A stretch of 64,000 nucleotides of DNA from an uncultured Myxococcales bacterium (lineage in GTDB: Bacteria > Myxococcota > UBA727 > JABDBI01): NCBI GenBank assembly GCA_964385015.1, contig CAYLLS010000001.1, positions 194,339 through 258,338 on the forward strand, in the 5' to 3' direction. The position numbers and the translations under genes were made by a program. The notes beneath the pieces were generated by a model. The model had not been told where the DNA came from, searched no databases, and saw only the letters and a list, made by a program, of their open reading frames with translations. This document shows, piece by piece, positions 11,285 through 20,492 of the stretch. The stretch's first letter is position 1, and every line of letters starts with the position of its first letter.

Positions 11285-13075
11285 ATGAGAGTTGTTTTTA
11301 AATTTCGTTTAGTCATTTTATTAATTATGTTAGTAATTTGCATGTATTATGTTTATTCTTCATTAGTCTATTTATCATTATCAAAATATGATGTGAAGCG
11401 AATTAAACAAAATGATAAATTATTTCATAATTATGTATCATTTTGGATGAGTAAGTCTCATATTACGCCTGGGTTAGATTTTGCAGGTGGTGCTGATATT
11501 CTTTTAAGAGTACAATTTGATCAAGTTTTTTATGATAGAATGATGATTTTTAAATATTGTATAAAAGAACATTTATTAAAAAAAAATATTGTAACTAATA
11601 TGGTTATATTGGGTTCATATAATAAGTCAAATATTATGTTACAAATTAAATTTAAATTTCAAGATGATATTAATGAGTTTAAAAATAAAATTTTAATTAA
11701 TTTTAATAATTTAGAAATGTCTTATTTTGATAAAAATACTTTAATACTTGCTTTTAATAAAATATATTGTAAAAAAATCAAAAATAATATTATGGATAGG
11801 ATGATAGAAATTATTAGAAATAGAATTCAAAATATAGGTTTAATAGAATTATATATTGCGCGTTATGGTATAGATAAAATTCAAATTCAAATTCCAGGTT
11901 ATTATAATTCAAATAGAGCTAAGCAAATACTTGGTAGAACAGCTCAATTAAATTTTTATATTTGTAATGATAAAGATAATTTTATTTTAAATTTGCATAA
12001 TTTGCCTAATGATGTAGTTATTAAAAACAAACCATATAAAAGTCCTACAGGTTTAATTAAAAATGATATTTACTTAGAATTTAATTCTAATCAATTATCT
12101 ATTGTAAAATATTATTTAAAGGATAAATGTCCATCTAATTTATTAATTAAGTATGGTGCAAGTGGTTTGTATGTGAATAAAATTAGAACTTATGTATTAT
12201 TAAAAAAAGATAAATTATCTGGAAATAAATTGTTGAATGCAAATATGTTTTTAAATAATAATTCTCAATTATCGGGTGTGATTATAAAATTTAATTCTTC
12301 AGGTTCTAAATTGTTTTATAAATTGACAAAAAAATATATTGGGAAAAGATTAGCTATTGTGTTGGATAATAATGTTAGTAGTATTTCTCTGATTAAACAA
12401 TCTATTAAAAATGGAGAAGCATTAATATCTTTGGATGCATCAACGTTAAAATATAAAAACATTAAAGAGGAAATTAAAGAATTAGTTTTATTATTAAAAT
12501 CAGGTGCTTTACCAGCTAAATTAACATTTGAAGAAGAAAAAATTATTGGACCATCATTAGGTGATGAATCTATAATAGCAACTAAAAAAGCTATTATTAT
12601 ATCTTTTATATGTATATCTGTATTTATGTTGTATATTTATAGGCAAGTAGGAATTATATCCATTATAGGATTATGTTTTAATATGTGTATGATCATATGT
12701 ATTTTGTCATATTTTAATTCTACAATCACATTATCTAGTGCTGCTGGATTATTATTAATTCTTGGAATGTCTATTGATTCACATATTATAATAAATGAAA
12801 GAATTAAAGAAGAATTGATAAAATATACAACTTTTCATATTGCTGTTCAAAGGGGACATTATATGGCTTTTAATTCTATATTAGATGCTAATATTACTAC
12901 TTTTATTATTGGTGTTATTTTATTTTATTTTGGTGTTAGTATTATAAAAAATTTTGCAATCATGATATTAATTGGTAGTAGTTCATCATTGATATCAGCT
13001 ATGTTTATAAATAAATTATTATTTGATATGATTAATAATAATAATTTTTTGAGTAAAAAGTTTTTTAATTTATAA
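11285..13075 (+). CDS. secD: Protein translocase subunit SecD
   Basis: GLDFAGG, IQIQIPG, LAIVLD, LKSGALPA, IIGPSLG, IINERIKEE, ILDANITT. Confidence 0.95.
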   Translation: MRVVFKFRLVILLIMLVICMYYVYSSLVYLSLSKYDVKRIKQNDKLFHNYVSFWMSKSHITPGLDFAGGADILLRVQFDQVFYDRMMIFKYCIKEHLLKKNIVTNMVILGSYNKSNIMLQIKFKFQDDINEFKNKILINFNNLEMSYFDKNTLILAFNKIYCKKIKNNIMDRMIEIIRNRIQNIGLIELYIARYGIDKIQIQIPGYYNSNRAKQILGRTAQLNFYICNDKDNFILNLHNLPNDVVIKNKPYKSPTGLIKNDIYLEFNSNQLSIVKYYLKDKCPSNLLIKYGASGLYVNKIRTYVLLKKDKLSGNKLLNANMFLNNNSQLSGVIIKFNSSGSKLFYKLTKKYIGKRLAIVLDNNVSSISLIKQSIKNGEALISLDASTLKYKNIKEEIKELVLLLKSGALPAKLTFEEEKIIGPSLGDESIIATKKAIIISFICISVFMLYIYRQVGIISIIGLCFNMCMIICILSYFNSTITLSSAAGLLLILGMSIDSHIIINERIKEELIKYTTFHIAVQRGHYMAFNSILDANITTFIIGVILFYFGVSIIKNFAIMILIGSSSSLISAMFINKLLFDMINNNNFLSKKFFNL

Positions 13076-14340
13076 TGTTATTGAATTTATTATATGGTAA
13101 AAAAAAAAATAATTTTATTCAACCATTATATGTGATAAAATTAATGTTATGTATGTTATTAATTTATGTATGTTTTATTTCTTATTATGGCGTTAATATG
13201 AGTATTGATTTATCTGGTGGTTCTGAAATACAGATAAAATTTGCACATAATGTATCATCTAAAAATATAAAATCTTTATTAAAACGTTTCCAATTTAAAG
13301 ATTATCAAGTTCAAGAATATTTATTGCATAATGAAAAAAATTTTGTAATTCGAGTAAGTAATACTAATGTACTTACTAATCATCAGATTAATAAATTATC
13401 TAGTAATATAATTGATTATTTTAATTATTTTTATGTAAAAAAATCATTAAATATATATAAAGATAAATATATTAAAAATAATATTAAATTTTATATGCCT
13501 ATTCCATTACAATATAAAAATGAAAATCTATTTAAATTTATTTTTTTACAAGAAAAAGCACTAGTTCTTATTTTAAAAAAGAATATTAAATGTTTAAATG
13601 ATATTCATATTGATAAATATGTTTCTGATAATTATATTGAATATAATATATATTTTGGTAATATGATAACAAAATTATTAAGGATTTTTCATATATATTT
13701 AAATATTATAGAAATAAAGAAATTTAATATTGTATATAGTCAATTATCAAATAAGTTAATTATAGATAGTATAATAGCTGTATTGTATGCTATAATGGCA
13801 GTATTTATTTATATTGCTATTAGATTTGGTCTTTTGTTTTCTGTAGGAGCAGTCTGTTCTTTATTTTATGATATCATAGGTGCTATATTTATTGTATTTG
13901 TTGCACTTGATTTTAATATAGATTTATCATCGATTGCGGCTATGCTAACTATTATTGGATATTCTATTAATAATACTATTGTTTTATATGATAGAATTAA
14001 AGAATTATATTATATGAATAAAAATACTATTTTATCATATAATGATGTTATTATATTGTTTAATCGTGCTGTATCTCAAATTTATATGAGAACTATATAT
14101 ATGACTATTACAACTTGTATAGTTTGTGCTACATTAAGCTATTTAGTTCCTGGATATATTAGATCTTTTTCTTTGTATTTATGTATTGGAATTCTTTTAG
14201 GAAGTATATCATCTTTATTTATGGCTCCAAATATAATCATAATATTAGGAAAATATTATAAGAATGGTGTGTTAAAAAATTATTATAAAAAAGATATATT
14301 ATGTAAAATCAATAATATGAATAATAATAGTATAATTTAA
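13075..14340 (+). CDS. secF: Protein translocase subunit SecF
   Basis: IDLSGG, YIAIRF, AAMLTIIGYSINNTIVLYDRIKE; TAATG overlap with secD. Confidence 0.94.
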   Translation: MLLNLLYGKKKNNFIQPLYVIKLMLCMLLIYVCFISYYGVNMSIDLSGGSEIQIKFAHNVSSKNIKSLLKRFQFKDYQVQEYLLHNEKNFVIRVSNTNVLTNHQINKLSSNIIDYFNYFYVKKSLNIYKDKYIKNNIKFYMPIPLQYKNENLFKFIFLQEKALVLILKKNIKCLNDIHIDKYVSDNYIEYNIYFGNMITKLLRIFHIYLNIIEIKKFNIVYSQLSNKLIIDSIIAVLYAIMAVFIYIAIRFGLLFSVGAVCSLFYDIIGAIFIVFVALDFNIDLSSIAAMLTIIGYSINNTIVLYDRIKELYYMNKNTILSYNDVIILFNRAVSQIYMRTIYMTITTCIVCATLSYLVPGYIRSFSLYLCIGILLGSISSLFMAPNIIIILGKYYKNGVLKNYYKKDILCKINNMNNNSII

Positions 14341-14400
14341 TTGTCTTATATTGACAAATATATCATTTTAATTAAAAATATGTGATAATTAAGTTTTTGT

Positions 14401-14791
14401 GGGGGTGTTTTTGGTTTCGACAAAAATTAAAAATTATTAAATGCATGTCAATAGGTTTTATAATATCCTTGTATAAAAATTATAAACAATAAAAGCAGAA
14501 AATATGTTTATGAAGCGAACTAACAACAATAGTTATGCTTTAGGTGCAATGGCTTAATAAGTTTTTGTATCAAATTAGATCTAAAATTTCTTGATTTTAG
14601 AAATCATCTAATTACTGTAAACAAGATAGTTTTTGTAGTATTAGTTAATACAAAAATGAAATATAGACTAAATGCAATGTATTTATTTGCCTCTATAATA
14701 AATACATTAATTTTTATATTATAGATGGCTAAACATGTAGAGTTTATTTTTTTTTATTTTTTGGACGCGGGTTCAAATCCCGCCACCTCCA
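14401..14791 (+). ncRNA. ssrA: tmRNA (one-piece; CCA not encoded)
   Basis: 5' GGGGGTG...GGTTTCGAC pairs with 3' CACCTCC-A, giving the G3.U alanine identity pair; T-arm GCGGG-TTCAAAT-CCCGC; internal tag frame ending YALGAMA TAA TAA at 14495-14560. Confidence 0.95.
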
Positions 14792-14941
14792 TTTTATAAA
14801 TGCATTATTGATAAGTAAATATATATTATGTATATTTTTTTTCTATTTTGTATAAATTATTATATCGTTTATATTGCATAGTTGTATTTTATAAAAATAT
14901 TGTTAATAATTGATTATGTCATTTTTTTTTTTATTTTTTTG

Positions 14942-14982
14942 TTGACATTCATTTTGTTATCGCTTACATGTTGATAACATGT
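14942..14982 (+). promoter_or_regulatory. Candidate promoter/operator of the glutaminase-GS-Amt operon
   Basis: TTGACA at 14942-14947, then a perfect inverted repeat ACATGTT-gat-AACATGT (14966-14982) where a -10 element would be expected; no clear -10 consensus. Confidence 0.3.
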
Positions 14983-15006
14983 TGTTTTGTTTTATGGATT
15001 TAATAT

Positions 15007-16518
15007 ATGAAAAAAAATACATATAATGATGTAGAAGACAAATTGTTTCATCAGTTTAAAATTGATAATAAAGGATGTATTGATACTAAAGCGATATTAA
15101 ATAGTATTAAGAATGTTGGGATAAATACGTCTATTCATAAAATTGTTAGTATAATGCATAATATTAGTACAAATAAATTATCTTTTAATGATTTTGTTAA
15201 ATTAATTAATAAAAATAATAAATTTATCTTAAGACTTTTATCTAATGAATTAGCTATTAATAATTTTAGTGCTTTTGTAGATCAAATAACTGATATTTTT
15301 AATAATACTAAACATAATGATAGTGGAAAAGTGGCTGATTATATCCCACAATTAGCTAGAATTGATGCTGAAAAGTATGGTATCTCTATATGTAGTATTG
15401 ATGGACAAGAATTTTCAATTGGTGATGCTAATGAAGAATTTTGCGTTCAATCTTGTTCTAAACCAATTACTTATGGTTTAGCTATAGAAGAACATGGTCT
15501 AGATGTTGTACATAAATATGTTGGAAGAGAACCAAGTGGCAGAGGATTTAATGCTTTTGTATTGAATTATCATGGGTTACCTCATAATCCTATGATTAAT
15601 TCTGGATCTATTATGACTTCTTCTTTAATATGTCCTAATTTAAATAATGCAGATAGATTTGATTATATATTAAATATATGGAAAAGATTATCAGGTAATG
15701 GTAAAATTGGATTTGATAATCCTACTTATTTATCTGAAAAAGAAACAGCAGATAGAAATTTTGCATTAGCTTATTTTATGAATGAAAATAAAGCTTTCCC
15801 TAGTGGTGTTAATTTACAAGGAATATTAGATTTATATTTTCAAATGTGCTCTATTAGTATTAATACTAAATATTTTGCAAGAATTGCTGCTACTTTTGCT
15901 AATGGTGGAAGATGTCCTATCACTGATGATCAAGTATTTCAATCAGATACAATAAGAAGTTGTTTATCATTAATGTATTCTTGTGGAATGTATGATTATT
16001 CTGGAGAATTTGCTTTTAGATATGGTGTCCCTGCTAAAAGTGGAGTTTCTGGTGTTTTATTAGTTGTTATTCCTAATATTGTTGGTATATGTATTTGGTC
16101 TCCAAAATTAGATAGATTAGGGAATAGTGTTCGTGGGATAAAATTTGTAGAGAAATTAATAAAATCTTTTAATTATCATATTATGGATCAATTAGTGCCT
16201 AATTTGGGTGCTTTTTCTATTAAAAATAAAATGAATAATAAAATTGATTTGATGAATTTATATTATGCAGCAGCAAATGGGGATTTAAAAAATGTAAAAA
16301 TACTTGTAGCTAAAGGCGTAAATTTATCACAAAGTGATTATGATGGTAGAACTGCATTACATTTAGCTGCATCTGAAGGTCATTTGCATATAGTAGAATA
16401 TTTATTAAAAAATAATGTTGAAACCAATGTTATAGATAGATGGAATTCTACACCATTACAAGACGCAATTAGACATAAACATAACACAATTATTGATTTT
16501 TTAAAAAAATATAAATAA
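15007..16518 (+). CDS. glsA: Glutaminase with N-terminal EF-hand-like domain and C-terminal ankyrin repeats (animal GLS-like architecture)
   Basis: GKVADYIPQLA, catalytic QSCSKP, VGREPSG, PHNPMINSG, MYSCGMYDYSGEFAF, PAKSGVSG; ankyrin repeats AAANGDL, DYDGRTALHLAASEGH, DRWNSTPLQDA. Confidence 0.95.
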   Translation: MKKNTYNDVEDKLFHQFKIDNKGCIDTKAILNSIKNVGINTSIHKIVSIMHNISTNKLSFNDFVKLINKNNKFILRLLSNELAINNFSAFVDQITDIFNNTKHNDSGKVADYIPQLARIDAEKYGISICSIDGQEFSIGDANEEFCVQSCSKPITYGLAIEEHGLDVVHKYVGREPSGRGFNAFVLNYHGLPHNPMINSGSIMTSSLICPNLNNADRFDYILNIWKRLSGNGKIGFDNPTYLSEKETADRNFALAYFMNENKAFPSGVNLQGILDLYFQMCSISINTKYFARIAATFANGGRCPITDDQVFQSDTIRSCLSLMYSCGMYDYSGEFAFRYGVPAKSGVSGVLLVVIPNIVGICIWSPKLDRLGNSVRGIKFVEKLIKSFNYHIMDQLVPNLGAFSIKNKMNNKIDLMNLYYAAANGDLKNVKILVAKGVNLSQSDYDGRTALHLAASEGHLHIVEYLLKNNVETNVIDRWNSTPLQDAIRHKHNTIIDFLKKYK

Positions 16519-16542
16519 TCAATTTATTAGGAGTATATTATT

Positions 16543-17586
16543 ATGATGTCTCAAGTTGAATATATTTGGTTAGATGGAACTAGACCAACTAATATTAGAT
16601 GTAAAACAAGAATTTTATTTTTTAATGATAATAAGAAAATTAATTTAAGTTCTTTTCCTAATTGGGGATTTGATGGATCATCTACAAATCAAGCTGATGG
16701 TGTTAATTCTGATTTAATTTTAAAACCAGTGAGTTTTATTGCTGATCCTATTAAAGGCAAAAATAATTATTTAGTTTTAAATGAAGTTTATAATGTAGAT
16801 AATTCACCACATGATACTAATTCTCGATTTCAGTTAAGACAACAAATGGATAAATATGGTTCTATTTTAGATCCGTGGATTGGTTTTGAGCAAGAATATA
16901 CATTATTTAAAAATTCTAGACCATATGGATGGCCTGCCAATGGATATCCATCTCCTCAAGGTCCATTTTATTGTGGTATAGGAATAGATAAAACATGTGG
17001 CAGAGAAATTTCAGAAGAACATATTCAAACATGCTTAAATGCTGGTATTATGTTATTTGGTGCTAATGCAGAAGTTATGTTAGGTCAATGGGAATTTCAA
17101 ATAGGTTATCGTGGTAAATCTGATGAAAGTGCAGATCCATTAAATGTTTCAGATCATTTATGGTTTGCTAGATGGTTATTATTTAGAATTGCAGAAAAAT
17201 ATAATGTAGTAGTCAGTTTAGATAATAAACCAGTAATTGGAGATTGGAATGGTGCTGGTAATCATACAAATTTTTCTACAAAATATACAAGAAATATCAA
17301 GAATGGATGGAGTTATATTCAAAAATTAATTTTAGCTTTATCTAAAAGACATGAGGAACATATTGCTAATTACGGTGAAGGATTAGATAAGCGTTTAACT
17401 GGATTACATGAAACTTGTGATATCTCTACATTTAAATCTGGTAAAAGAGATAGAACAGTATCTGTTAGAATTCCTGATTCAGTATTTAAACAAAAATATG
17501 GTTATATTGAGGATAGAAGACCAGGAGCTAATTGTGATCCATATTTAGTAGCAGCACAATTAATTAAAACGGCTAAATCTATATAA
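16543..17586 (+). CDS. glnII: Glutamine synthetase type II (eukaryote-like GSII)
   Basis: 347 aa; EYIWLDG, WGFDGSST, GFEQEY, PQGPFYCG, NAEVMLGQWEFQIG, DWNGAGNHTNFST, RLTGLHET, GYIEDRRPGANCDPY; AGGAG RBS. Confidence 0.96.
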   Translation: MMSQVEYIWLDGTRPTNIRCKTRILFFNDNKKINLSSFPNWGFDGSSTNQADGVNSDLILKPVSFIADPIKGKNNYLVLNEVYNVDNSPHDTNSRFQLRQQMDKYGSILDPWIGFEQEYTLFKNSRPYGWPANGYPSPQGPFYCGIGIDKTCGREISEEHIQTCLNAGIMLFGANAEVMLGQWEFQIGYRGKSDESADPLNVSDHLWFARWLLFRIAEKYNVVVSLDNKPVIGDWNGAGNHTNFSTKYTRNIKNGWSYIQKLILALSKRHEEHIANYGEGLDKRLTGLHETCDISTFKSGKRDRTVSVRIPDSVFKQKYGYIEDRRPGANCDPYLVAAQLIKTAKSI

Positions 17587-17604
17587 TTTTTGTGAGGTGA
17601 AATA

Positions 17605-18828
17605 GTGGAAATTAATCAAATTGATACTATGTGGGTAATGTTATCTAGTGCATTCGTTATGTTAATGATTCCTGGATTATCTTTTTTTTATGGTGGATTA
17701 ATTAGAAAAAAGAATGTTTTATCTACCATTTTACATAGTTTTGTATTATTGCTTGTAATATCTATTATTTGGTTTTTATTTGGATATTCTTTAGCATTTA
17801 GTCCTAATGGAAATAGTTTTATTGGTGATCTATATTTTGCTTGTTTTAAACATGTGACTTCTAAGCCTAGTCCATTATATGCATCAACTATACCACATCA
17901 ATTATTTGCTATATTTCAAATGATGTTTGCTTGTATTACTCCAGCATTAATTTCAGGTTCTTTTGCTGAAAGAAAAAAATTTATATCTTTCATAACTTTT
18001 TCTTCTTTGTGGTTAGTATGCGTTTATTGTCCTATAGCTCATTGGGTTTGGAGTGATAATGGATGGTTAGCTAATTTGGGTGCATTAGATTTTGCTGGTG
18101 GTTCTGTTGTACATATATCTTCAGGTGTTTCTGCTATAGTGTGTGCTTTTGTATTGGGAAATAGGTTAGATTTTAAAAAATCAAATATTGAACCACATAA
18201 TATACCATTAACTATGATAGGAGTAGCATTGTTATGGTTTGGATGGTTTGGCTTTAATGCTGGAAGTGCTTTATCAGTTAATAGTATAGCTGTGATTGCT
18301 TTTATTAATACACATATATCAGCTGCATCTGGTGGATGTATGTGGTTACTTTTAAGTGTTATAGTTAATAGAAATATTAAAGCTACTGGTATTGGTAATG
18401 GAGTTGTTGCTGGATTAGTTGCTATTACACCAGCTGCTGGTTTTGTAGATATGATGTCTTCAATGATTATAGGATGTGTTGGTTCTGGGTTATGTTATAT
18501 GTTTGTAGAACATTTTATTAGGAAACATATTGATGATAGTATAGATGTTTTTGGTATTCATGGCATAGGAGGCATTGTAGGAGCAATTTTAACTGGTGTA
18601 TTTGCTTCATTTTCGATAAATTCTAATGGATCAGATGGATTAATATATGGTAATATAAATTTAGTTTTAATTCAATTGTTTTCTATTAGTGTAGTATTTG
18701 TTTATGCTGGATTAATGTCTTTTGTATTATTATATATTGTAAATTTTGTTTTTGGATTAAGAGTTAGTGGAATAGAAGAAGATGGAGGATTAGATGTTAC
18801 TACGCATCATGAACAAGGATATAGATGA
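17605..18828 (+). CDS. amtB: Ammonium transporter (Amt family)
   Basis: FQMMFA, AHWVW, DFAGGSVVHISSG, WFGWFGFNAGS, GLVAITPAAG, DVFGIHGIGG (twin His intact); GAGG RBS before GTG start. Confidence 0.97.
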   Translation: MEINQIDTMWVMLSSAFVMLMIPGLSFFYGGLIRKKNVLSTILHSFVLLLVISIIWFLFGYSLAFSPNGNSFIGDLYFACFKHVTSKPSPLYASTIPHQLFAIFQMMFACITPALISGSFAERKKFISFITFSSLWLVCVYCPIAHWVWSDNGWLANLGALDFAGGSVVHISSGVSAIVCAFVLGNRLDFKKSNIEPHNIPLTMIGVALLWFGWFGFNAGSALSVNSIAVIAFINTHISAASGGCMWLLLSVIVNRNIKATGIGNGVVAGLVAITPAAGFVDMMSSMIIGCVGSGLCYMFVEHFIRKHIDDSIDVFGIHGIGGIVGAILTGVFASFSINSNGSDGLIYGNINLVLIQLFSISVVFVYAGLMSFVLLYIVNFVFGLRVSGIEEDGGLDVTTHHEQGYR

Positions 18829-18873
18829 TCAATAATATGAAGAATATAAATTTATTATAATTTGCATTTATTA

Positions 18874-20292
18874 TTAAAATTTTTCTAAATATCCAAGTAT
18901 AAACCACCAATAATTTCCAATAGATAACCATATTGTAATATAAAATATACTTAAAATTATGCCTGTTAACCACCATTCTTTCATTGTAATATAATTGGAG
19001 CCAAAATATACTGGAGCAGTTCCTGTTCCATAATGAGTTAAACATGCTGATAGAGAATTAAATGCTGCTAATGACATAATAGCAGAAAAATGATTTATGT
19101 CAGCATTAATTAATAAAATTAAAAACATTGGATATATAGAGCTCACCATTGCTGTGGCACTAGCAAAAAAATAATGTATATAAAAATATATTATAGTTAT
19201 TGTAATATATAATAAAATTTTATTATTAAATTGCAAATAATATGTAATAATATTGCCTAACCAATTAATTATATTATGTTCTTGCATTTGATCTGCTAGC
19301 ATTAATAATATACTAAACCATATTAATGTGTTCCATGCAGTTTTTTCTTCTATGAGATCGTTCCATTTTAATACTTTAGTTATAAGTAAAATTACAATAC
19401 CTGTAAGAGCAGATAATGTAGGTGATATACCTAGTATATTACCAAACATCCATAATAATAATACTAAAATAAATGTAAATAGCATAATTAATTGTTGTAG
19501 ATTAATAGTTTTCATATTTTGTATGTTGTTTTTAGTTATAGTTGGAATATTTGATATGTTTTTTATATGAATTGGAGATATATAATAAATGATTATAGGC
19601 ATTAGTAACATAGCTATTAAGCCAGGTATTAAATTGGCTAACATCCATTGTAACCATGATATTTTTATATTCATATTACTAGCAAAAGTAATTATTAATG
19701 GATTACTGGCAATTGCTGTTATAAACATAGTACTACTTATTAAATTAGAATGAAATGCTATTTTTATTAAAAATGCACTTATAATTTTGTTTTCTTTTTT
19801 ATTTTTATATGGCAATTTTTCTGTTAAAGCTTTAATGATAGGAAATATGATTCCTGCTCCACGTGCTGTATTGCTAGGTACAGCTGGTGCTAATAATAAA
19901 TCTGAAATTGCTAATCCATATGCTAATCCTAAGATGTTTTTACTAAATATATTTATAAAAAAATAAGCTAATTTATTGCCTAATTTAGTTACATTAAATC
20001 CTTTTGCAATAAAAAATGCGAACACTACCATCCATACAATAGGTTTAGAATAATTGCTTAAACAAACATTAATAGATATAGTATTTGTTAAACTTAAAAT
20101 TGTTATACAAGTTAATGTTATGCTTCCCATAGGTAATGGTTTTAAAATGATTGTTATAATAGTTATATTAAAAATAATTAATAGATGCCAACCTTGATTT
20201 GTTAATCCTTGTGGTGGTTTAGAATACCAAAAGAAAAGTCCAATTATACTTATTGCAATTAGTATAATTTTATTATTTAGTAATTTATGCAT
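18874..20292 (-). CDS. DASS-family anion/dicarboxylate transporter (2-oxoglutarate/malate translocator-like)
   Basis: PQGL..QGWHLL, PLPMG, APAVPSNTARGAGIIFPII, SSTMFITAIASNP, HYFFAS.TA, LTHYGTGTAPVYFGSNY...WW. Confidence 0.92.
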   Translation of the reverse strand: MHKLLNNKIILIAISIIGLFFWYSKPPQGLTNQGWHLLIIFNITIITIILKPLPMGSITLTCITILSLTNTISINVCLSNYSKPIVWMVVFAFFIAKGFNVTKLGNKLAYFFINIFSKNILGLAYGLAISDLLLAPAVPSNTARGAGIIFPIIKALTEKLPYKNKKENKIISAFLIKIAFHSNLISSTMFITAIASNPLIITFASNMNIKISWLQWMLANLIPGLIAMLLMPIIIYYISPIHIKNISNIPTITKNNIQNMKTINLQQLIMLFTFILVLLLWMFGNILGISPTLSALTGIVILLITKVLKWNDLIEEKTAWNTLIWFSILLMLADQMQEHNIINWLGNIITYYLQFNNKILLYITITIIYFYIHYFFASATAMVSSIYPMFLILLINADINHFSAIMSLAAFNSLSACLTHYGTGTAPVYFGSNYITMKEWWLTGIILSIFYITIWLSIGNYWWFILGYLEKF

Positions 20293-20492
20293 AAAATTCC
20301 TTCATTATTGTACTTGTTATATTTTTATATGAATTTAATAATTCATTATAAATTATATGTCATGTATTTATTGTTATGTCATTATAGATTATCGTTAATT
20401 TTATTTATATTCATTTCATATGTTTTTGATTTGTCTTAATATATTATGATAATAAAATAATTAAATATATTATATATAAGGATAATAACTGC

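Noticed and set aside
14792-20492. Nitrogen operon as a genomic island integrated at the tmRNA 3' end
   Set aside because: No integrase and no duplicated ssrA 3' end (att repeat) seen; adjacency alone is insufficient, although an ancient insertion cannot be excluded
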